Virus record (IMG/VR): IMGVR_UViG_3300050015_000600
Span: 12,487-76,486 of that record
Source of the DNA: a virus
Direction: 5' to 3' (one strand)
DNA length: 64,000 nt
A program made the position numbers and the translations under genes. Below, piece by piece: positions 60,927-64,000 of the stretch (position 1 is its first letter; each line of letters begins with the position of its first letter). Under the pieces are notes generated by a model. The model was not told the origin of the DNA, did no database searches, and saw only the letters and a list, made by a program, of their open reading frames with translations.

Positions 60927-61524
60927 ATTTTAATCCTATTAATCCTCGTATTCTCATTCTCCCTAAAGGAGTAAATAAATTTCTTTTGCGTATGTAATTG
61001 CCATTGCCCTCTCGCTGGCTTCCCGTCATTCCATTGCCGGTGTTGCACTCCCAAGTAATGATATTTCCTCTGTCCAATACTTGCTTTATTCGTGCTACGT
61101 GTCCGCTTGATTCATTCAGGGTCTTCCATACTACCAAATCGTTCTCTTTTGCCTCATAAATCGTCCGTATGCCGTTTTTCTGCGCCCATTCGTATATTTT
61201 AATGGTTGAGGCTGTACGAAGCAATACAAGCGGTTTGTGAAGCGAATCCGCGGCGGTTTTAAAGTAGTAGTATTGCCCTGCCATGCAGTACGGATAATGC
61301 TTATTGTAATTCAAACCTACAGCCTGCATATACAGCTTTATGTGCGCTCCGTCGTTATGTCCGGTAGTTTCTTTCAAGCCCATATCTTTATCTAAAAGCT
61401 GGGCTGATAAAACAGCTACATCATAATAACAGGGGACTTCCACCCTGTGTTGCGATAGAAGTCCCCCTTGCCATGTCAGGAGCATCGTGGCAATTATAAT
61501 TATACTCCTAAAAACGCTCCGCAT
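60859..61524 (-). CDS. endolysin, CHAP/NlpC-type, with N-terminal signal/anchor
   Basis: G.KE..G.N.G..I..Y, PYC, GHV, ECNT, REGNG; start uncertain. Confidence 0.8.
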   Translation of the reverse strand: MRSVFRSIIIIATMLLTWQGGLLSQHRVEVPCYYDVAVLSAQLLDKDMGLKETTGHNDGAHIKLYMQAVGLNYNKHYPYCMAGQYYYFKTAADSLHKPLVLLRTASTIKIYEWAQKNGIRTIYEAKENDLVVWKTLNESSGHVARIKQVLDRGNIITWECNTGNGMTGSQREGNGNYIRKRNLFTPLGRMRIRGLIGLKYGYPKTTERTTFTNENKCSRHL

Positions 61525-61829
61525 AATATAGCTCCCATTATTATACTTAATGCCAATATTATAACTACAATAATGGCTGCATTCGCGATAATTTCCCATG
61601 GGCTTAAATTGACATCTTTGTCTTCGGTGAATGTATTATATATCCCCGCCCATTTAAAAAGGAATATAAACACCGTAGCCATGAACATTACGAGTACCGA
61701 ACTCGCTATGAATGTTTTCGCTACTTCGAAGTATGCTATAAATTGCGTCAATGTTGCAAAGCAGATAGCTCCTGCTATCAATGCCGCTGTATATTTAAGA
61801 ATCGTCTTCATCTTTGGTGATACTGTCAC
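61500..61829 (-). CDS. putative holin (3 TM)
   Basis: Three hydrophobic helices directly upstream of the lysin. Confidence 0.6.
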   Translation of the reverse strand: MTVSPKMKTILKYTAALIAGAICFATLTQFIAYFEVAKTFIASSVLVMFMATVFIFLFKWAGIYNTFTEDKDVNLSPWEIIANAAIIVVIILALSIIMGAILCGAFLGV

Positions 61830-62031
61830 ATCGTTCTCCTGGTGTAGTTTGAATTATGAACCTTCTAAAATACTTGCCGTAGGTTCTTCTGGCTCGTCTT
61901 TCTATTTCTTCTGTGTCTAAATTAGACGGTTCGCTCGATACGAATATCCCGTTTACATATTTGTTAATGTTTACTTTCCATGCCTTTAGGTGATTTGGCG
62001 ATACTACTATATCTACAATAAGCTGTTCCAT
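61795..62031 (-). CDS. hypothetical protein
   Basis: Packed ORF. Confidence 0.4.
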   Translation of the reverse strand: MEQLIVDIVVSPNHLKAWKVNINKYVNGIFVSSEPSNLDTEEIERRARRTYGKYFRRFIIQTTPGERCDSITKDEDDS

Positions 62032-62054
62032 CTTATTTTGATCCGAAGCATTGG

Positions 62055-62405
62055 TTAATTAAAGTATGATTTTGGGTCAACGTCGTTTTTTACCATCAAC
62101 GCCTGCAATCCGCATTTTATCTGTATAAGTAATGTCGTATTCTTTGAATCAGTTTCACATTTAGCATCCATGACCTGTTTAAAATTATTTATTTCATGGT
62201 CACACATCTGTATATCTTTAGTATGCTGTGCTATAGTCTTGTTCATTTCACTATGTTCCTGTAAGTGTTTTTCATCGTCCGCTTTTTCGTTCGTTAATTT
62301 GACATTAAGATATACTACATATATTATTGCAAATACGTTTAATATACCTAATATCATTGTCTCTGAAATGCCTATCCCTGTTGCCGGTGCTGCTGCTAAA
62401 ATCAT
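62055..62405 (-). CDS. single-TM coiled-coil lysis-cassette protein
   Basis: GGGGAG SD; one TM plus coiled coil. Confidence 0.55.
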   Translation of the reverse strand: MILAAAPATGIGISETMILGILNVFAIIYVVYLNVKLTNEKADDEKHLQEHSEMNKTIAQHTKDIQMCDHEINNFKQVMDAKCETDSKNTTLLIQIKCGLQALMVKNDVDPKSYFN

Positions 62406-62426
62406 CCGCTCTCCCCTTGTTTATCG

Positions 62427-62660
62427 TTATGCTATTCCGTTCCATGTCTTTATATTGGCAATCGGTATGCCGTTCCATGTCTTTATGTGCGCTCTCGGTA
62501 CTCCGTTCCATGTCTTTATATGGCTCGCCACTGGCGGAGCGGCGTCTAAGTATATCAAAGTATATGGCTGTCCGTTAAACCATGTATCAAGTGGTTCTGT
62601 CGCTGTGTTTGGAACTATTGGACTTCCGTTAAACCATGTCGTTAGCGTTCCGTCTATCAT
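62427..62660 (-). CDS. small virion protein with (IKTWNG)x3 repeat
   Basis: 33-bp period repeat CCGTTCCATGTCTTTAT x3. Confidence 0.6.
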   Translation of the reverse strand: MIDGTLTTWFNGSPIVPNTATEPLDTWFNGQPYTLIYLDAAPPVASHIKTWNGVPRAHIKTWNGIPIANIKTWNGIA

Positions 62661-64000
62661 TAGCTCACCGCCAAACTATCTACATAAATATCCCCTGCCG
62701 TTCCACGTACTTTAATCCGTAGCTCTAAACAGCTATTATCAGTCACCATTCCGCTTGTTACATTAAACGTCTTTGTTTCATAAGCGTCCGCATTAGTTGG
62801 CGTAATAGCCGTCCAATCTATCACAGGTACGCCTAAGAAGAATACCGCACCTTGCACGTCACCATTAAAGCTATTTTTCTTCTTCACTTTCGCTGTAATT
62901 GTATATGCTGTATTATCAACTGCTTTAAATAAAAATGAATGCGACATATATAGCGTAGCACTCGATGGGTCGTAATGCAAGCACGTCCCACTTCCACCGT
63001 CTGCTTCCGCTGTATTAGATTCCGTTATACCTTGGTAGAACCAATTTTTGTTCGCTCCCTTTGCGTTGTAATATTGGATTGAAAGCGACGGCATTTCCAG
63101 TATCGGAACCGTCGAGCCTTGCGTTACCCCTACATTTCCCGTTCCGCTGAATTTATTTACTATATTTCCAAAACTATCATCTGTGTAAAAAGCATTTAAA
63201 CTATTCGAGTTGCATGTTGCCGTGTTAATTACATTATCACGCGCATTTGATTCAATTTTAATACCGTAGCTATTCGAGTTGCATGTTGCCGCAGTGATAG
63301 TGTTATAGTTGCTGGCGGAAATGAGGTAAATACCGTAGCTATTCGAGTTGCATGTTGCCGCAGTGATAGTGTTATAGTTGCTGGCAGTATTGATATTCAT
63401 ACCAGAAGTACTATTCGAGTTACATGTTACCGTAGATACCGTAGTGTTACTGGCGGAAATGAGGTAAATACCGGAAATGCCGTTCGAGTTGCACGTTGCC
63501 GCAGTGATAGTGTTGCCGATGTTCAAGCTGTTGAAGAAAATACCGTAGCCGTTCGAGTTGCACGTTGCCGCAGTGATAGTGTTATAGTTGCTGGCGGAAA
63601 TGAGGTAAATACCGGAATTGCCGTTCGAGTTGCACGTTGCCGCAGTGATAGTGTTATAGTTGCTGGACGACACTAAGTTTATGCCATAACCATATCTAAA
63701 AAATCCACATTTCTCAATTCTAAAATAACTTTTTCCTGTGGCGTATAATCCATATCCATATCTATTAGCAAACGTCCCGTGCATCTGTTTAAAGTTCGTT
63801 ACACCTGTTTGCGTTTGCGTGCTCAAATCCCAACCACCCGAAACGTAAAGCGGTGCGGCTAAACTTGTACCGCGTGAACTAATAACTTGTATTTGTGTTG
63901 AGCTTGACGCCGCCGCTCCTGTGCTTGTTATACCAACCTTAACACAAACAACACCACTCTGGGTAGAACTTGGATATTTCGCAAACAGCACTGCCGCAGT
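62660..64000 (-). CDS. parallel beta-helix tail/spike protein (5' end outside the window)
   Basis: Repeats GIYLISASNYNTITAATCNSN; frame open to the window edge. Confidence 0.75.
   Translation of the reverse strand, partial: TAAVLFAKYPSSTQSGVVCVKVGITSTGAAASSSTQIQVISSRGTSLAAPLYVSGGWDLSTQTQTGVTNFKQMHGTFANRYGYGLYATGKSYFRIEKCGFFRYGYGINLVSSSNYNTITAATCNSNGNSGIYLISASNYNTITAATCNSNGYGIFFNSLNIGNTITAATCNSNGISGIYLISASNTTVSTVTCNSNSTSGMNINTASNYNTITAATCNSNSYGIYLISASNYNTITAATCNSNSYGIKIESNARDNVINTATCNSNSLNAFYTDDSFGNIVNKFSGTGNVGVTQGSTVPILEMPSLSIQYYNAKGANKNWFYQGITESNTAEADGGSGTCLHYDPSSATLYMSHSFLFKAVDNTAYTITAKVKKKNSFNGDVQGAVFFLGVPVIDWTAITPTNADAYETKTFNVTSGMVTDNSCLELRIKVRGTAGDIYVDSLAVS
63201..63665. repeat. coding tandem repeat, about 7 x 66-69 bp
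   Basis: TTCGAGTTGCAYGTTGCCG core repeated, several copies extending near-identically for over 50 bp. Confidence 0.85.

Noticed and set aside
63201-63665. CRISPR array or DGR template/variable repeat
   Set aside because: Repeats are in-frame coding units without unique spacers; no cas or reverse transcriptase gene in the window

Overview
The window is most of a tailed dsDNA phage genome with a podovirus-like gene set, in standard genetic code. No host genes were recognised. Layout: (1) 8.2 kb->1, minus strand: TerS, TerL, portal, scaffold, SU10-like major capsid protein and small virion genes. (2) 16.5->8.3 kb, minus strand: Sak4-like ATPase, PD-(D/E)XK nuclease, T7 gp4/Twinkle-type primase-helicase, HNH, RuvC-like resolvase; no DNA polymerase is present in the window. 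(3) 16.7-27.9 kb: two convergent blocks of small genes (SSB-like, GroES, XRE HTH, FmdB) and a secreted protein ending in a T9SS-like sorting domain. (4) A 1.3-kb divergent non-coding region, then an AT-rich early operon (29.1-35.5 kb) with a tyrosine recombinase near its end. (5) An ncRNA/tRNA block and a stand-alone DnaA domain IV. (6) 64->39.3 kb, minus strand: beta-helix tail protein, lysis genes, collagen tail fibre, a six-gene glycosyl/methyltransferase cluster and four ejection proteins. Six TTTG-N18/20-TAnnTT(T)G promoters and the T9SS-like domain point to a Bacteroidota-Chlorobiota (FCB) host. The most novel signal is five sequence-divergent tRNA-mimic elements (acceptor stem stacked on a T-arm, no anticodon), each 38-41 nt upstream of an early-gene start codon. 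Other highlights: a phage-borne T9SS cargo cassette, a Ser-Gly-enriched tail fibre beside the glycosylation cluster (which includes a split GT9), and an anticodon-less ~136-nt tRNA-like RNA heading a string of folded RNA domains. All family calls are by eye from motifs; no searches were run.
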